A DNA stretch of 64,000 bases, taken from assembly GCF_964194155.1 (NCBI RefSeq), contig NC_135899.1, positions 3,224,001 through 3,288,000 of the forward strand, written 5' to 3'. The notes under the pieces are model-generated. The model did no database searches. It was given only the letters and a program-made list of their open reading frames with translations, and was not told the DNA's origin. The DNA is from Cetorhinus maximus. Its lineage: Eukaryota. The first letter of the stretch is position 1, and each line of letters opens with the position of its first letter. Below, in pieces: positions 37,180-52,935 of this stretch. The position numbers and the translations under genes are program-made.

Positions 37180-39290
37180 ATTATCCATGCTAATATACTA
37201 CCCCCAACACCATGGGCTCTTATGTTATTGAGTAGCCTTATGTGCAGTACCTTATCAAACATCTTTTGGAAATCCAAATATATTACATCTACTGGTTCCC
37301 CTTTATCTATCCTGCTTGTTACCTCCTCAAAGAATTCTAATAAATTTGTCAGGCACGATTTTCCCTTCATGAAGCCATGCTGACTCTGCTTGATTAGATT
37401 ATGTCGTTCTAAATGCTCTGCTATTACATCCTTTATAATAGATTCTTAACATTTTCCCAATGATGGATGTTAAGCTAACTGACCTGTTATTTGTCTCCCA
37501 TTTTGAATAAGGATGTTACATTGGCAGTTTTCCAATCTTCTGGGACTTTTCCACGATCTAAGGATTCTTGGAAAATGACTACCAGTGCATCCAATATTTG
37601 GCAGCCACTTCTTTTAATATCCTAGGATGCAACCTATCAGGTCCAGGAGACGTATTGGACTTTAGCCCCATTAGTTTCCCTAGTAATTTTTCTCTTGTGA
37701 TAGTTATTGTATTTGCTTCCTCCCCCTCTTTTGCCCCTTAATTCTTCAGTATTTTTGGAATGCTATTAGTGTCTTCTACCATGAAGACTGATGCAAAGTA
37801 TTTATTCAACTCCTCTGTCATTTCCTGGTTCCCCATAATTATTTCACCAGCCTCATTTTCTAAGGGGCCTATGTTCACTTTTGCCTCTTTCTTCCTTTTT
37901 ATATATTTAAAGAAGCTTTTACTATCCATTTTTATATTACTTGCTAGTTTACCCTCAAACTTTATTTTCTCCCTCATTTTTTGGTCATCTTTTGTTGGTT
38001 TTTAAAACTTTCCCAATCCTCTTGCTTATCACTAATCTTTGCCACATTGTATGTTTTTTCTTTCAATTTGATACTGTGCTTAACTTCCTTAACTTAACCA
38101 TGGTTGGTTTTCCCCTTCCTGGAATCCTTCGTTTTCACTGAGATATATCTTTGTTGTGGGTCATGAACTATTTTCTTAAATGTCTGCCATTGTTCATCAT
38201 CTGTCTTTTCTGCTAAACTCCTTTTCCAGTCCACTCCAGCCAACTTTGCCCTCATTACTTTGTAATTACCCTTATGTAAGTTTAGCACAATTGTTTCCGA
38301 CCCAGGTTTCTCGCTCTCAAACTGACTGCTAAATTCTGCCATGTTATGGTCACTGTTTCCTATGGGGTCTTTTATTCAGAGATTATTTATTAAACCTGTG
38401 TCATTACTCATTACCAGATCCAAAATAGCCTGGACCCTGGTTGGATCCACAGCATATTGTTCCAGGAAACTGTCCCAAATACGCTCTATAAATTCTTGCT
38501 TGTGGCTGCCTCTGACAATTTGATTTTCCCAATCTACATGAAGATTTAAGTAACCCATGGTTAACATACTGCCTTTTTACATGCCCTCATTATCTCCTGA
38601 TTTATCCTCTGTCCTACAGTATAGCCACTGTTAGGGGGCCTATAGTCTACTTCCACCAGTGTCTTCTTCCCCTTGTTATTTCTAACCTCCACCCACACAG
38701 ATTCTACATCTTCCAATCCAAGATCATTTCTTGCTATCACACTTATTCCATCTCATACTAACAAAGCTACCCCACCACCTTTTTCTTTCTGCCTGTCCTT
38801 GCGAAAAGTCACATACCCCTGAATACTTAGTTCACAGCTTTGATCTCCTTGCAACTACTTCTCCATAATGGCTATAAGATCATGCCCATTAAACTCTATT
38901 TGTGCCGTTAATTCATTTATTTTGTTCTGAGTACTACGTGCGTTTAAGTAGACAGCCATGAATTTTGCCTTTTTACCATTTTTTCCCCTTTGACCCTATT
39001 TACTACTGCTTTTTATGTTTGTACACTCTGTCCCTTCCTGTCACACTCTGAGTATCAATCCCTAAACAGCTGCCCTGCAATGCTGCCATGTCCTTTTTGC
39101 TTTGTTAGCCTACGTCTCCTCTCTCCAGAACCCTCCCCCCACACCACTATTGAGTTTAAAGCCCTCTCTAAAGCCCTAGTTATTCGATTCAATGGGACAC
39201 TGGTCCCAGAACGGTTCAAGTGAAGCCCCTCCCACCAGAATAGCTCCCTTCTACCCCAGCACTGGTGCCAGTGCCCCATGAACTGAAACC
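37180..39290 (-). mobile_element. CR1 LINE internal fragment: end of ORF1 esterase, ORF2 endonuclease and start of RT
   Basis: WHQCWGRRELFWWEGLHLNRSGT (SGNH-esterase DGLH-type motif), PTRVQAILDLVMSN, KGKSCLTNLLEFFEEVT...YLDFQK. Confidence 0.85.
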
Positions 39291-39294
39291 CATT

Positions 39295-39655
39295 CCTGCT
39301 GACATGATGGAAGGAAGGTCATTGATGAAGCAGCTGAAGAAGTTTGGGCTTAGGAACCCTGAGGAACTCCTGCAGTGATGTCCTGGAACTGAGATAATTG
39401 ACCTGCAAGAACTACAACCATCTTCCTTTATGCTAGGTATGACTCCAACCAGTGGAGAGCTTTCCCCCTGACTCTCATTGACGCCAGTTTTGCCAGGGCT
39501 CCTTGATACCACACTTGGCCAAAGGCCTTGATGTCAAGGGCAGTCACTCTCACCTCACCTCGGGAGTTCAGCTCTTTGGTCCATGTTTGAACCAAGGCAG
39601 TAATGAGGTCAGGAGCCGAGTGGCCCTGGCGGAACCCAAATTGAGTGTCAGTGAG
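39295..39655 (-). mobile_element. LINE RT fragment of the same family as 25875-26835
   Basis: LLTDTQFGFRQGHSAPDL...VTALDIKAF RT motifs. Confidence 0.75.
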
Positions 39656-39947
39656 CAACATCATCCAAAAGCACGGCGTCGGTTTACATATGTTCGCTAG
39701 CGGCACCCAGCTGTGCCTCATCAACACCTCTCTCGACTTTTTAAAAATTCTTTTATGGGATGTGGACATCTGTCGCTGGCAAGGTCAGCATTTTGTTACT
39801 CATCCCTAATTGCCCTTGAGAAGGTGGTGGGCAGTTGCCCACAGTCCATGTGGTGTAGGTACACCCACAGTGCTCTTGTGGAGGGAGTTCCAGGATTTTG
39901 ACCCAGTGACAGTGAAGGAACAGCGATATAGTTCCAAATCAGTATAG

Positions 39948-41265
39948 TGCTACGACTAGGATGGGAGGAGTGTGCGGTTAATCTAGCCGACTACTCCACA
40001 GGTCACAACATTAGTTTCAATGTTCAGTTCACTCAGGCCAGTTATTTACCTTCACTACTGTTACCCAGAATAAAAGAGACTTCAACCAGGCTTCTTTCAA
40101 TAAAGAACAAGCTTATTGGTTTATTATAAAAGCAGTCTTGTCGAATAGAAAGGCAAAGCTTATTAAGATACAGTACGGAATATGAACTTACACTAATTAC
40201 ACACACACACACACACACACACACATGAATTCAATAAAAATCTGGAATTAAAAGTCTGATGATGACCATGAAACCATTACTGATTGTCATGAAAATCCAT
40301 CTGGTTCACTGATGTCCTTTAGGGAAGGAAATCTGCCATCCTTACCTGGTCTGGCCTACATGTGACTCCAGACCCACAGCAATGTGGTTGACCCCTGAAC
40401 AAGGGCAACTGTGGGTGGGCAATAAATGCTGGCCGAGCCAGCGATGCCCACATCCCATGAACAAAAAAAACACACACACATACACACACTTTCACACAGA
40501 CACACTCTCACACACACACGCTCGCACACACGCGCTCTCACACACGCGTTCTCGCACACACGCGCTCTCACACACGCGCTCTCACTCACACACACTCTCA
40601 CACACGCACTCTCACACACACGCTCTCACACACGCGCTCGCACACGCGCTCTCACACATGCGCTCTCACTCACACACACTCACTCACACGCACACTCACT
40701 CACACACACTAAAATGAAAGTGGAGGAATTCTGCCAAAGGTTAAAAGTCAATGGTTCAAAGGCAAAGGGTTGATGGTGGAGTCTTTGAAATGGCGTCCGG
40801 GTTGTACGGTTGGTGCCTCAGCACTGATCCGCAAAACAATCGATAACTCTGGCACTGCTTTTCATGGATCAGTTGCAGGTACTCAATCTCAGGAGTAGTT
40901 TATATTCATTGCTGGCTGGGGACTGCAAAAAGGCTGATGTCATCTTTGGTCCTTCACCTCTCAAAAGCACAAGCCAAAACCAATTTTAAAACATTTTTTC
41001 AGGCATGGTTTTTTTTATCCACCCAGAGCCATAAACCACCATGTGACCCCCCCTTTGTACACAGTTCACCAGGGTCAAGAGATTTCCAGTGTCTTTAACA
41101 CTGCTTCATTAATTTTTCTCGTAAAAGGATGTTTTTTCCCAGGAACAGCAAGCAGAGTCCCGGATTAACCCTTTACGGGACAGTGTCTTTTAAAACACAA
41201 ATTCTTCCAGAATGTTCTTAGTCCTGGAAGATGAACCATTTTCTGTGATTAAAGTGTTCATGACC
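39948..41265. mobile_element. Degenerate solo LTR containing a SINE and CA-rich repeats
   Basis: Interrupts a LINE-tail remnant that resumes at 41266; ends TGCTACGA...TCATGACC; imperfect 4-bp duplication ATAG/ATGG. Confidence 0.5.
40470..40710. repeat. Compound CA/CG/CT microsatellite
   Basis: Seen directly; smaller simple repeats at 1-115, 15370-15390, 40198-40225 and 44899-44941. Confidence 0.9.
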
Positions 41266-41936
41266 ATGGTGTGTGGCATGGTGGGGAACGTGGAGCTGTC
41301 GATAAATTGTCGGACCACTTCTCCAACTGGATAAGCAGGAATTTCCCCCACTAAGTATTGAGAAGACTGAAGTCACTGTTTTCAGTCCCTGCTCCAAACA
41401 CTGTTACTGTTGGCTACCGACTCCATTCTCCTCCCTGGCAACAGCTCAAGATTAAACCACTCTGTTCACAACTGGGTGTCAAATTTAACCTTGAGATGAG
41501 CTTCGCACCATCCTCAAGTCCGCCTGAGTCCACTTCCATAACATCACCCTGGCTTTGCCTGTCTCAGCTCATCTAATCCCGAATATAGTCATTCATGTCC
41601 TTGTTAACTATTCCAACACACTCCGGGCTGCTCTCCCACATTCTACCTTCCATAAAACTTGAGGTCATCCAAAACTCTGCTCCCTGTGTCTGAACTCACA
41701 TCAATTATTGTTCACTTATAAAGCGGCGATGATGGTATAGTGATGGCATGGTGGTACCATCACTAGACTAGTAATCCAGAGCCCAGGCTAATGTTCAAGG
41801 CTATAGGGTTCAACTCCAAACCATGACAGTTGGTGGAATTTGAATTCAATTAATAAACCTGGAATTGAAAGCTAATCTCAGTACTGGTGACCATGGAACT
41901 ATCGTCAATTGTTGTAAAAACTCATCTGGTTCACTA

Positions 41937-43221
41937 CATACAAAATTGGAGCAAGAATAGGCCATTTGGCCCCTTGAGCCTGCTCCACCATTCAATAAGA
42001 TCATAGTTGATCTGTTTGTGTTATGTATTCCACATTTCCATCTACCCCCAATAACCTTTGATTCCCTTGCCTAACAAGAATTATCTATCTCTGCCTTAAA
42101 AATATTCAATGGCCCCCCCTCCACCACCTTCTGAAGCAGAGAGTTCCAAAGTCACACAAGCATCTGGAATAAAAAAAATTATCCTCATCTCTGTCCTAAA
42201 AGGGCAACTCTAATTTTAAAACCCTAGTTCTGGACTCACACCCCACCCCCACCCTCCCCCCCACAAGAGGAAACATCCTTTCAACATCCATCTTGTCAAG
42301 ACCATTCAGGATCTTATATACTTCAATCAAGTCTTGAGCACAGGAGCAAGGATCTCTTACTGCACCTGTACAGGGCCTTGGTGAGACCACACCTGGACTA
42401 TTGTGTGCAATTTTGGTCTCCTTACCTAAGAAAGGATATACTTGCCCTAGAGGGAGAGCAGCGAAGATTCACCAGACAGATTCCTGGGATGACAGGACCT
42501 TCGTGTGAGGAGAGATTGGGCCAACTAGACCTGTATTCACTGGATTTTCAAAGAATGAGAGGAGATCTCATTGAAAAGTATAGAATTCTGACAGGGATGG
42601 ACAGACTGGATGCAGAGATTATATTTCCTCTGGCTGGGGGGGTCTTGAACAAGGGGTCACAGTCTCAGGATATGGGGTAGGCCATTTAGGACTGAGATGA
42701 GGAGAAACTTCTTCACTCAGAGGGTTGTGAATTCTCTATCACAGGAGGCCAAGTCACTGACAATATTTAAGAAGGAAATAGGTAGATTTCTAGACTCTAA
42801 AGGTGTCAAGGGGTATGGGGAGAGAGCGGGAGTATGGCATTGAGATAGAGGATCAGCCATGATCATATTGAATTGTGGAGCAGACTCAAAGGGCTGAATG
42901 GCCTACTCCTGCTCCTATTTTCTATACTTCTGTCTTTCTAAGTCCCCCTCAGTCTTCTAAACTCCAGTGGAAACAAGCACAGTCTGTCTAACTATCCTCA
43001 CAAGACAACACGCTCATTCCAGGTATCAATCTAGTAAACCTCCTCTGAACCGCCTCCCATGCATTTATATCCTTCCTTAAATAAGGAGACCAAAACTGCA
43101 CACAGTATTCGAGATTTGGTCTCACCAATGCCCAGTATAACTAAAGCATAACATCCATACTTTTATGTTCAATTCCTCTTGAAAGAAAGGATAGCATTCC
43201 ATTTGCCTTCTTAATTATTTG
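41937..43221 (-). mobile_element. CR1 3' fragment inside a SINE, itself interrupted by a plus-strand CR1 at 42334-42939
   Basis: Host sequences resume exactly on each side; short duplications CTA (outer) and AAGTC (inner). Confidence 0.8.
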
Positions 43222-45724
43222 CTAATGCCCTTTAGGGAAGGAAATCTGCCATCCTTACCCGGTCTGGCCTACATGTGACTCCAAATCCACAACAATGTGG
43301 TTGACTCTTAACTTCCCTCTGAAATGACCTAGCAAGCCATTCAGTCGTACTTAAGAAACTGGCTCACCACCACTTTCTCAAGTGCAGTTATGGATGGGCA
43401 ATAAATATTGGCCTAGCCAGTGATGCCCACATCCTATTAATTAAGAAAACCGCCCACTTATTCCTCTATTCCCATCTCCCTCGTGTGTGTGCGTCCAGCC
43501 TGCGCATCAATGCTTTTTGCTCCAACCACCCCCTGTAGCAGCCGGGTTCCACAGTCTCCACTCACTGGAGCACAAAGCTCTAGTCTGTCACTCCAGCGCA
43601 TTACTGAGGGAGTGCTGCACTGTCAGAGGTGTTGTCTCTCAGATGAGACGTTCGTGCTTAGAGCAGAGAAGGCTGATGGGAGATTTGATAGAGATGCTCA
43701 AAAGCATGGAGGGTTTTGATTGACTGAATAAGGAGAAATTGTCCCCAGTGGTAGAAAGCTCGAGACCTAGAAGACGCCAATTTAGGATATTTGGCAAAAG
43801 GACCAGAGGGGGCATGAGTTGTAAAAAAATGGCACTGAGTTGTTGTGATGGAATGCATTGCCTGAAAGGGCAGTGAAGCAGATTCAATAATAACCTTCAA
43901 AAAGAAATTGGATAAATACTTGAAAAGGACAATTATTCGGGGTTATATTATTCAGGGGTCTGGGTCTAATTGGATATTCTTTCAAAGTCATGATGGGCCG
44001 AATGACCACCTTCTGTATCATTCTATGATTCTATGTGACCCTGTTTAAAGGGTTATCAGCCTTGTCAATTATCTATTAGGGAGAAGAGTGTTAAAGGGGC
44101 AGAAACAACGAGTTCCAAATGGCAATAAAGTCGCATTTAAAGAAATAAATCTTTCAAATTCTAATGTTATTTCCTGTATTCTCCAGTTCCAGAAGTGCCC
44201 AGTGGTTGCGGAAAGCCTCACCCATACCAGTGGACCCAATGTGCTCCCTCTCCAGAGGAGGCCAGCCATGAACAAAGCTGTGGAAAAGAGAAAGGGAAGA
44301 CTTTGCATTGACAGTCCACTTTTCATGACCTTAAGACATCCCAAAATGCTTTACAGACAACAAAACACTGTTTCAAGTGTAGTCACTGTTACAGCATAGG
44401 AAGCGCGGTAGCTAATTTGTACACAGCACGCTCCCACAAGCAGAAATGTGATGATGACCAGATAACTTGTCTTAGCGATGTCGATTGAGGGATAAACACT
44501 GGACCAAGGCACTGGAGGAATCTGCTACTTTTCTTCGTGGCTTGGGATAGTCTGGAAGTCAGAACAAAGTGGAGGGTGTACCGTGCAGGAGCGAAACCAT
44601 CGTTATTTAAGTTGTTAAGTTTAATTTTTGTAATGATCGGTGGAGATATCCTTGTTGTCACCTCTAAACAGTAGACACTTTTGTTAGACCTTTTGTCTAT
44701 GACACTGGGCAGCCAGCATCCTCAATTAAAAGATACATCAATCTGGTCATAGTGAGGGGAATTCAGGTCACCTGAATTGTAAAAGGATATGAATTATAAA
44801 TTAACCTGCAATATAAAACTATCTGATCTGTATATTTGCCGCATTTTACATATCTGAATAATAAAAGCTGAATTATTAAACTTGACCCCCACCCCCCAAC
44901 ACACACACACACACAGACACACACAGACACAGACACAGACAGCTAATGATGTCAGTACATCCTGGCAGTTTTATAAAGTCAGTTTTCATTAGAAATGTGG
45001 ACGTAGGAATTTTTAATACACCTGTTTCATTTACATTTTATCTGTAGTAATAATGTGGAAACTCACCTGGTTCCATTCTTATCTTATCCAGTCCCAGCCA
45101 GAGATTCACTTGCAATGGCTTCCCTTCCTGCTCCTTCAACATTACCTCTGACGTCTTCCATGAATCTATCCTTGGCTCCCTCCTGCTTCGCATCCCTGCA
45201 GTGTCACCTTCTAAAACAGCAGCATCATTTTCCATATGCATGCTGATGATACCTTGCCTCCACCCTCCCTACAGCAGAGTATTTATATCTAGCCCCCAGG
45301 CTAACCATAACTATCAACTGACCAACAGGAAGCTTAACATTTGCCCAAAAACAATGAACCTCTTTAACTATCACAGTAAATCTTTCGGTTTTCAAATAAT
45401 TGTAATTAATTTTTGCTCCCTCACAATTTTTGACCAAAGGAGTTTGTTTTCACGATGAGCTTCTCTGTCTAAACAAAAGTATTCAAATCAGGAACTGAAA
45501 AGTACTTTGGGCTGGATTTTATGCCCCCTCCCTCCCTCCCCCCATGCTCACCGACCTCCCTCCCCTCCCCACACTGGCATATTTGAATGGGGGAGGCTCA
45601 TAAATCACAGTGAGCGGCCTTTCCACCACCTGTCTCTCCCATTTGAAGGTGGGCGAGGGAGGCTTCAGGCAGCCTGCTCAGCTTTGAGCCTACTGAGGCC
45701 CTTAAGTGGCCAATTAATGGCTAG

Positions 45725-46487
45725 ACCATAAGACATAGGAGCAGATATTAGGCCATTTGGCCCATCGAGTCTGCTCCGCCATTCAATCATGGCTGATAAG
45801 TTTCTCAACCCCATTCTCCCACCTTCTCCCCATAACCTTTGATCCCCTTACCAATCAAGAACCGATCTATCTCGGTCTTAAATACACTCAATGACCTGGC
45901 CTCCACAGCCTTCTGTGGCAATGAATTCCATAGATTCACCACTCTCTGGCTAAAGAGGTTTCTCCTCATCTCTGTTCTAAAAGGTCTTCCCTTTACTCTG
46001 AGGCTGTGCCCTCGGGTCCTGGTCTCTCCTACTAATGGAAACATCTTCCCCACGTCCACTCCATCCAGGCCTTTCAGTATTCTGTAAGTTTCAATCAGAT
46101 CCCCCCTCATCCTTCTAAACACCATCGAGTATAGACCCAGAGTCCGCAAACGTTCCTCATATGTTAAGCCTTTCATTCCTGGGATTGTTCTCGTGAACCT
46201 CCTCTGGACCCTCTCCAGGGCCAGAACATCCTTCCTGAGATATGGGGCCCAAAATTGCTCACAATATTCTAAATATGGTCTGACCAGAGCCTTATAAAGC
46301 CTCAGCAGCACATCCCTGCTTTTATATTCTAGTCCTCTCGAAATAAATGCCAACATTGCATTTGCCTTCCTAACTACCAACTCAACTTGCAAGTTAACCT
46401 TTAGAGAATCCTGGACTAGGACTCCCAAGTCCCTTTGCACTCCAGATTTCTGAATTCTCTCCCCATTTAGAAAATAGTCTATGCCAC
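45725..46487 (-). mobile_element. Young 5'-truncated CR1 LINE
   Basis: More than 220 uninterrupted ORF2 C-terminal codons (QRDLGVLV...LVRPYLEYC...RGDLIETY...WNSLP) plus 3' tail. Confidence 0.9.
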
Positions 46488-46647
46488 ATCTTTTAGATAA
46501 TATCACCACCGTCAACACCCCTTTGTGCTCTTGTCTATGACATCTTTGGCAATCTCTTCTTGGCCTCCACCTATCACTGGCCCCCTATCGAGTTCTCCTG
46601 TCCCACCCCTTCTACTAGCTTATATTTCATCTCATTTCTTAGTCTTA

Positions 46648-46684
46648 GTTCTGATGAAGGGTCTTGCGGACTTGAAATGTCAAC
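46648..46684 (+). ncRNA. Minimal type I hammerhead ribozyme-like motif in a Penelope-like repeat
   Basis: GTT-CTGATGA-A-GGGTC-TTGCG-GACTT-GAAA-TGTC-AAC: stem I GTT/AAC, core, stem II, GAAA, GUC cleavage triplet. Confidence 0.55.
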
Positions 46685-48725
46685 AGCATCCCTCTCCGCA
46701 GACGCTGTCAGACCTGCTGAGTTTTTCCAGGTATTTTTGTTTTTGTCCCATAGCCACTATGTTGGAGATTGGTAGGGGGAAGTTTGTCCCAATGTCCTAG
46801 CCAATGGTACCCTGCTCCCACTGGAAGTGTCACAAAGCTGGGAGAGTGACATTTATGCCATGACAATTTTATAAATCCAGCTTTCATTGGGAATATAAAA
46901 ATAAGGACAGAATGGATAAATTTAAAATGGGGACTGAATTACCTGTCAGTCCATAGGACTCAGCTACACTCAACATCCCATCAGCTGTTACAGGGTTGGG
47001 GTGAATCTTAAGAATATGCAAGGGTAGAATGTTTGAAAGGGTGAGTTCAGATCCTTTTGAAGGATGCTGGAAATCTGTTCGCAAATGCAAAATTTATTTC
47101 CCAAACGCACCTACAGGCATTCGCCACTCCTGCCCCAAACAAAGAAGCTTTGATCTTTTTTTGACAAGTGCATTTTCCAGGATTTAAGTGCGCTGTAGAT
47201 ATTCCGCTTGCCTTGTTTCCCTCAGTTTTTGCATTGGTATATACTGCAAGCCGACAGCCCAACTTAGAAAAGATCTGTGCTTTTGAAACACAAGCCCCCG
47301 AGATGCAGTGCAATTTGGGCGGGTTTGTCTGTCTGCACCAGATGTGGCAAGGCATTGGGGGAGGAAAGACAGGCCCCCCCTGAGGAAGGTTGGTGCTCCC
47401 AAGGGTCAGCCCTGTACCCAGGAAACTCTGGCTCTCATGTATTTGCTATTCCTCAGTCTCCATTAAAGGAGTTCACAACCTCAGCAGCAATATATAGGAA
47501 GGTCATTCAGCCCCTCAAACATGTTCTGCCATCGGATTCGACCATGGGCTGCTGTGGTAAGCGTAGCTTCCAGGTCAGCAAGTGAACGCTTCTCCAGCTG
47601 TTGTCAGTCTGGGAATCTCAAGAGTCAACAGAAAATGGATTCTGCAGCCTGGTGGGCTAACACGTGACATCAATCCAGAAAAATGACCGTTGTCCTCTAC
47701 TGGAGTACTGTGGCCAGTTCTGGGCTTTAGGAAGGATATGAGAATGGTCCCACTTCAGCAATATAGATAAGATTGGAAAAAGCTTGGGATGTTCTCCCTT
47801 GAGAAGGCAGAGATTTGATAAAAGGTGTTCAAAAGGGGGTCTGGGCAGAGTAGACAAACTCTTCCCCAATGACTTAAGGATCAAGAACCAGGGATAGCTA
47901 ATTTAACCTCAACAGCACTGCGGGTGTGCCGACACCACATGGACTGCAGCAGTTCAAGAAGGTGGCTCACCACCTTCTCAAGGGCAATAAATGCTGGCCC
48001 CGTCAACGAAGCCCACACCACACAAATATAAAAAAGGTAAAATTGGCCTAAGAGCTGGCGCTAGCTCAAAAGGCCAAACAGCCTCCTGCTGGGCTGCACC
48101 CATTTGGATTCCAACCTTCCAATCTGCTTTTACCCCATTTCAGGACATCAAGAATAGAAGCTGAGAGGGGCCCTGTTAGCCTGGCCCACGTGACGGTGCA
48201 GAAAACACTTCAACTGGAAGGCTTGAGTTCTACACTGGTTATTCAAAACAATTAATTCTTGGCATGTGGGCATTGCTGGCAAAACCAGCAGCGTTTATCA
48301 TCCATCCTTAGCTGCACTGAGTTGTCAAGACTTGAACCACTGGTAGCAGTTTGATATAATCAGCCTCTTGCTGCAGCCACTCAGAGGGCAGTTAAAGAGA
48401 GTCAGTGTGAGACTGGCCAGATTGAGCACGGAGAACAAGGCTTCCTTCATGTACAATTGAGCTTTTAAAAGGAAAAGAAAATCACCTGATAGTTTTGCAG
48501 TCACAATTCTCTCGTTCCCAGGTTTAAAAAAAAATTTAATTTAAATTCAACTAACGCCGGTGGGGATGTGAAGTGACGTTGACTGGGTGGTTGGCTCAGT
48601 AACAATCACTGCATCCCGCTGGTGCTTATTTTGAAAACAAGTCCAAATAAGAGCAAGTCTCACCCTGAAAAAAAACATTTACTACACAAAATCAAAAGAC
48701 AACATAAAATCGCAAAAAAAATCGT

Positions 48726-48731
48726 TTTATT
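48726..48731 (-). terminator. Likely distal TUBB polyadenylation signal
   Basis: AATAAA on the minus strand followed by a T/GT-rich downstream tract; a proximal AATAAA also occurs at 50389-50398. Confidence 0.5.
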
Positions 48732-50451
48732 TTGTCAGGTAAGATACAGGCTGGCTCTATACTTTTCAATATGAAAAAAACAAAAGAGGAAAAGGCATGA
48801 TTCAAACAAGTTACAGGACATCAAAAAGTAGTGAAATGAGAGATTAAAAAAAGTACAAGACCGAAAAGTGCTGAGCAAGCAGTGTGGAAACAAGTGAGTG
48901 ATTCCAGTTCAAAGTTCTGGGTCACAGTTCAACAAGGGTTCAGGCTTAACTGTAAAACACACAAGTTGTCCCCACAGCTTCACTCCACCCCATGGGGTTT
49001 GGCTCACAAAATGGCCGTCACCTAAAATGGCCACTAGCACCAGGAAGACAAATGCCCTTCCCATTGGCTTCACTAACTTGTCAAGCTAATTGAAAGCACA
49101 ATTTGAGAAGGACCCTGCTTTCCTCTTCCTGAGTTCTGTAGCTAGGAAGGGGCTGGCGGTGCCAAGTGCAACTTATCGCCCGTCATCCCGCAATGTCAGT
49201 CAGCAATTTTGCAAGCCTTTCCTGTAAATAAAATTGATTGCGGATGGGGAAAACGGGGGTGGCGAGTTTATACTGGGTCAACTCTGAAATTCAACCAGAT
49301 AGTTTAGGTTCCAAGTACAAAACTGAGAAACAGGAAACAGTTAAAAACTACAAGAGAAAATTTACATCGTCACAGGCTCAGCAATCTCACTAGCTCCCAG
49401 GCAAAGTTGGCAATGGAGAAACAGGATTTATTCCTCTCCACGGGGAAGCATAACTCCTCTGAGCAAAAAAGTGAACAAAAGTCAAACCTTGGGGGTTTTG
49501 AATTTGAAGGGGGTGTTTTTTATCCCCCAACACTCAAGCGGCCTGGAGGATTCTGGCTACTCACGATTGTGATTCACTTGTATGGAATTGGCTTCATTAG
49601 AAATATGTATATTCAGGGTTTGCCACCATCCCTATTGCATGTCCAGCACTAATAAAGAATTTGGCTAAACTGGCTTCATGACAGTACCAGATTTACCACA
49701 GGGAGAGACAGCTAAAATTATGGAAAGAAAATATGGCTCAGAAACAATTTTTTTTAAAAAACGTAAAAGAAATCTTATTTTAGCATTGCGTGGAATATTG
49801 CAGTATGGGGCTCGAGTTCAACATTGGACTGCTTGATAAAATGTGGCACTAGGGGTGGGAGGGGGAATGAAATCATGAGGCCAGTCAGAATTCAACAAAG
49901 TTTAGTGTATCCAAAACTAATCTACATAATTTAGCCCTTTGGGAGCTATCCAATTAATTAGTACCCCCCTATTCAGATGCAGACCACCCACACCGACAAT
50001 TCCTCTAACCCGACGTCGCTTTTCACAATCCATTTTTCTGGTTTGTCCCAAATTTCAGATTTCCAGAATTCAAATTCTCATTTCTCTAAAATTCCCCTCA
50101 CCCAGTTTCGATCAAGTCTGCTCACTAACTACTTACAAAAAGACGAAATAAAATCCAAAATTTTAAAAAAGCACATCACCACACTCGCACAACGAATGCA
50201 GCCCATTTCCATTTAAAACATGCAACTTGGGGGGGATGGTTCATTCAGATTTAGGGGTTGCGGTTCTAAACTTCGGGACTTCCTCACGATATATTGGGTG
50301 CCTTTATGACAGCTGACTTTGCCGCACAAGATCTTAAACTCGAGCCCTGTGGAACCTGTGAAAGCCCACGGACCTTGCCTGGTAACACTTTATTTATTTT
50401 TTTTTAAAAAAAGGATGTTATGTACACTTGGGAGGGCCCCATCGTTTTCAC

Positions 50452-51540
<1,089 letters not shown>

Positions 51541-52728
51541 TTAAATGAGATGGAGCAGAGGAGGCCGGGTGTTGCTGTACAATTTCCACAGCTCCACGCA
51601 GGCCCCCCCAGTATCGCACCCTGTGGTCAACCAGCAGAACGGCCGGGAATAGGAGCTCCGGCCAAGCCCCCAGCGCCCAACCCAGAGGGCCCCGAGGTGA
51701 AATATTACAGTACAGGCCAGGAATGAACTTGGGATTTTTGGGCCTATAATTAACAAAGCAAGTGGTGACCTTCTGATCCATCCAACTGCCTTTCTCAATT
51801 AATTAGTTGGACCGCAAAGCTATTGGTTTAGGAATTAATATTGACGTTAACAGATAAATACTCATTTTACTGTTAACTGAAGGCAAATGAGCAACAGCAA
51901 ACAGTCTGCACTAATGACCACCAATAATACCTCACCTCAGCCCCCGTGACAATCCTTTGTTTGAAGGACAGACCCAAGAGTATGGAAATCCTTTCCAATT
52001 TCCTACAAATTTGAAGTATATGCTCCCTAATTTTCATGAAATGCAACCTGGAATTTTAACGGGGCTCTCCCTATTTTGAGGATTAAATTTTCCCTCCAGG
52101 GTTAGCTTTCCCCGGTAGAGAAAGGAAAATCGGCTGCATTTATATTTCTGCCATTCACAGCCTCAAGTAGAAAAAATGGCAGCCAATCATCACACAGCAA
52201 GCTCCCAAACAATTGAAAATGACCAGCTAACCTGCTTTTCAGTGATGCTGATTTAACAGATAATTATTCACCCAGGACATCAGCGAGATCTACTCTGCTC
52301 TTTTTTTAAAAATTCATTCACGGGATATGGGCTTCGCTGGTTGGGCCAGCATTTATTGCCCAGCCTTACTTGCCCTTGAGAAGGTGGCAGTGCCATGGGA
52401 TTTTCCATGCCTACTGCAGTTCTGAAAGACAGCACCTTTGACAGTGCAGCACTCCTTCACTACCACACTGGAGCGTCAGCCTAGAGTTTTGTACTCAGGT
52501 TTCTGGAGTGGAACACAACCAGACACTCGGAAGAGGGGGAAGAGAAGGAGGAATGTTGTTCTCTATGCTGCAGTGGTACCCAACCCCCCCCGCCCCCTGC
52601 CACTGACATTCAGAGAGGTCCACCATCTCTCAAGAGCAACTTGCAGGTCCTAGGGACACCCAGATAGTGAAGAATGATCGCCCAAGGCTAAAAAGCAAAG
52701 CAAAAATCACCACAAAAGGATTAACCTA

Positions 52729-52935
<207 letters not shown>

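Noticed and set aside
45805-46518. 237-aa ORF as a host gene
   Set aside because: It is the C-terminus of CR1 ORF2 in a 5'-truncated copy
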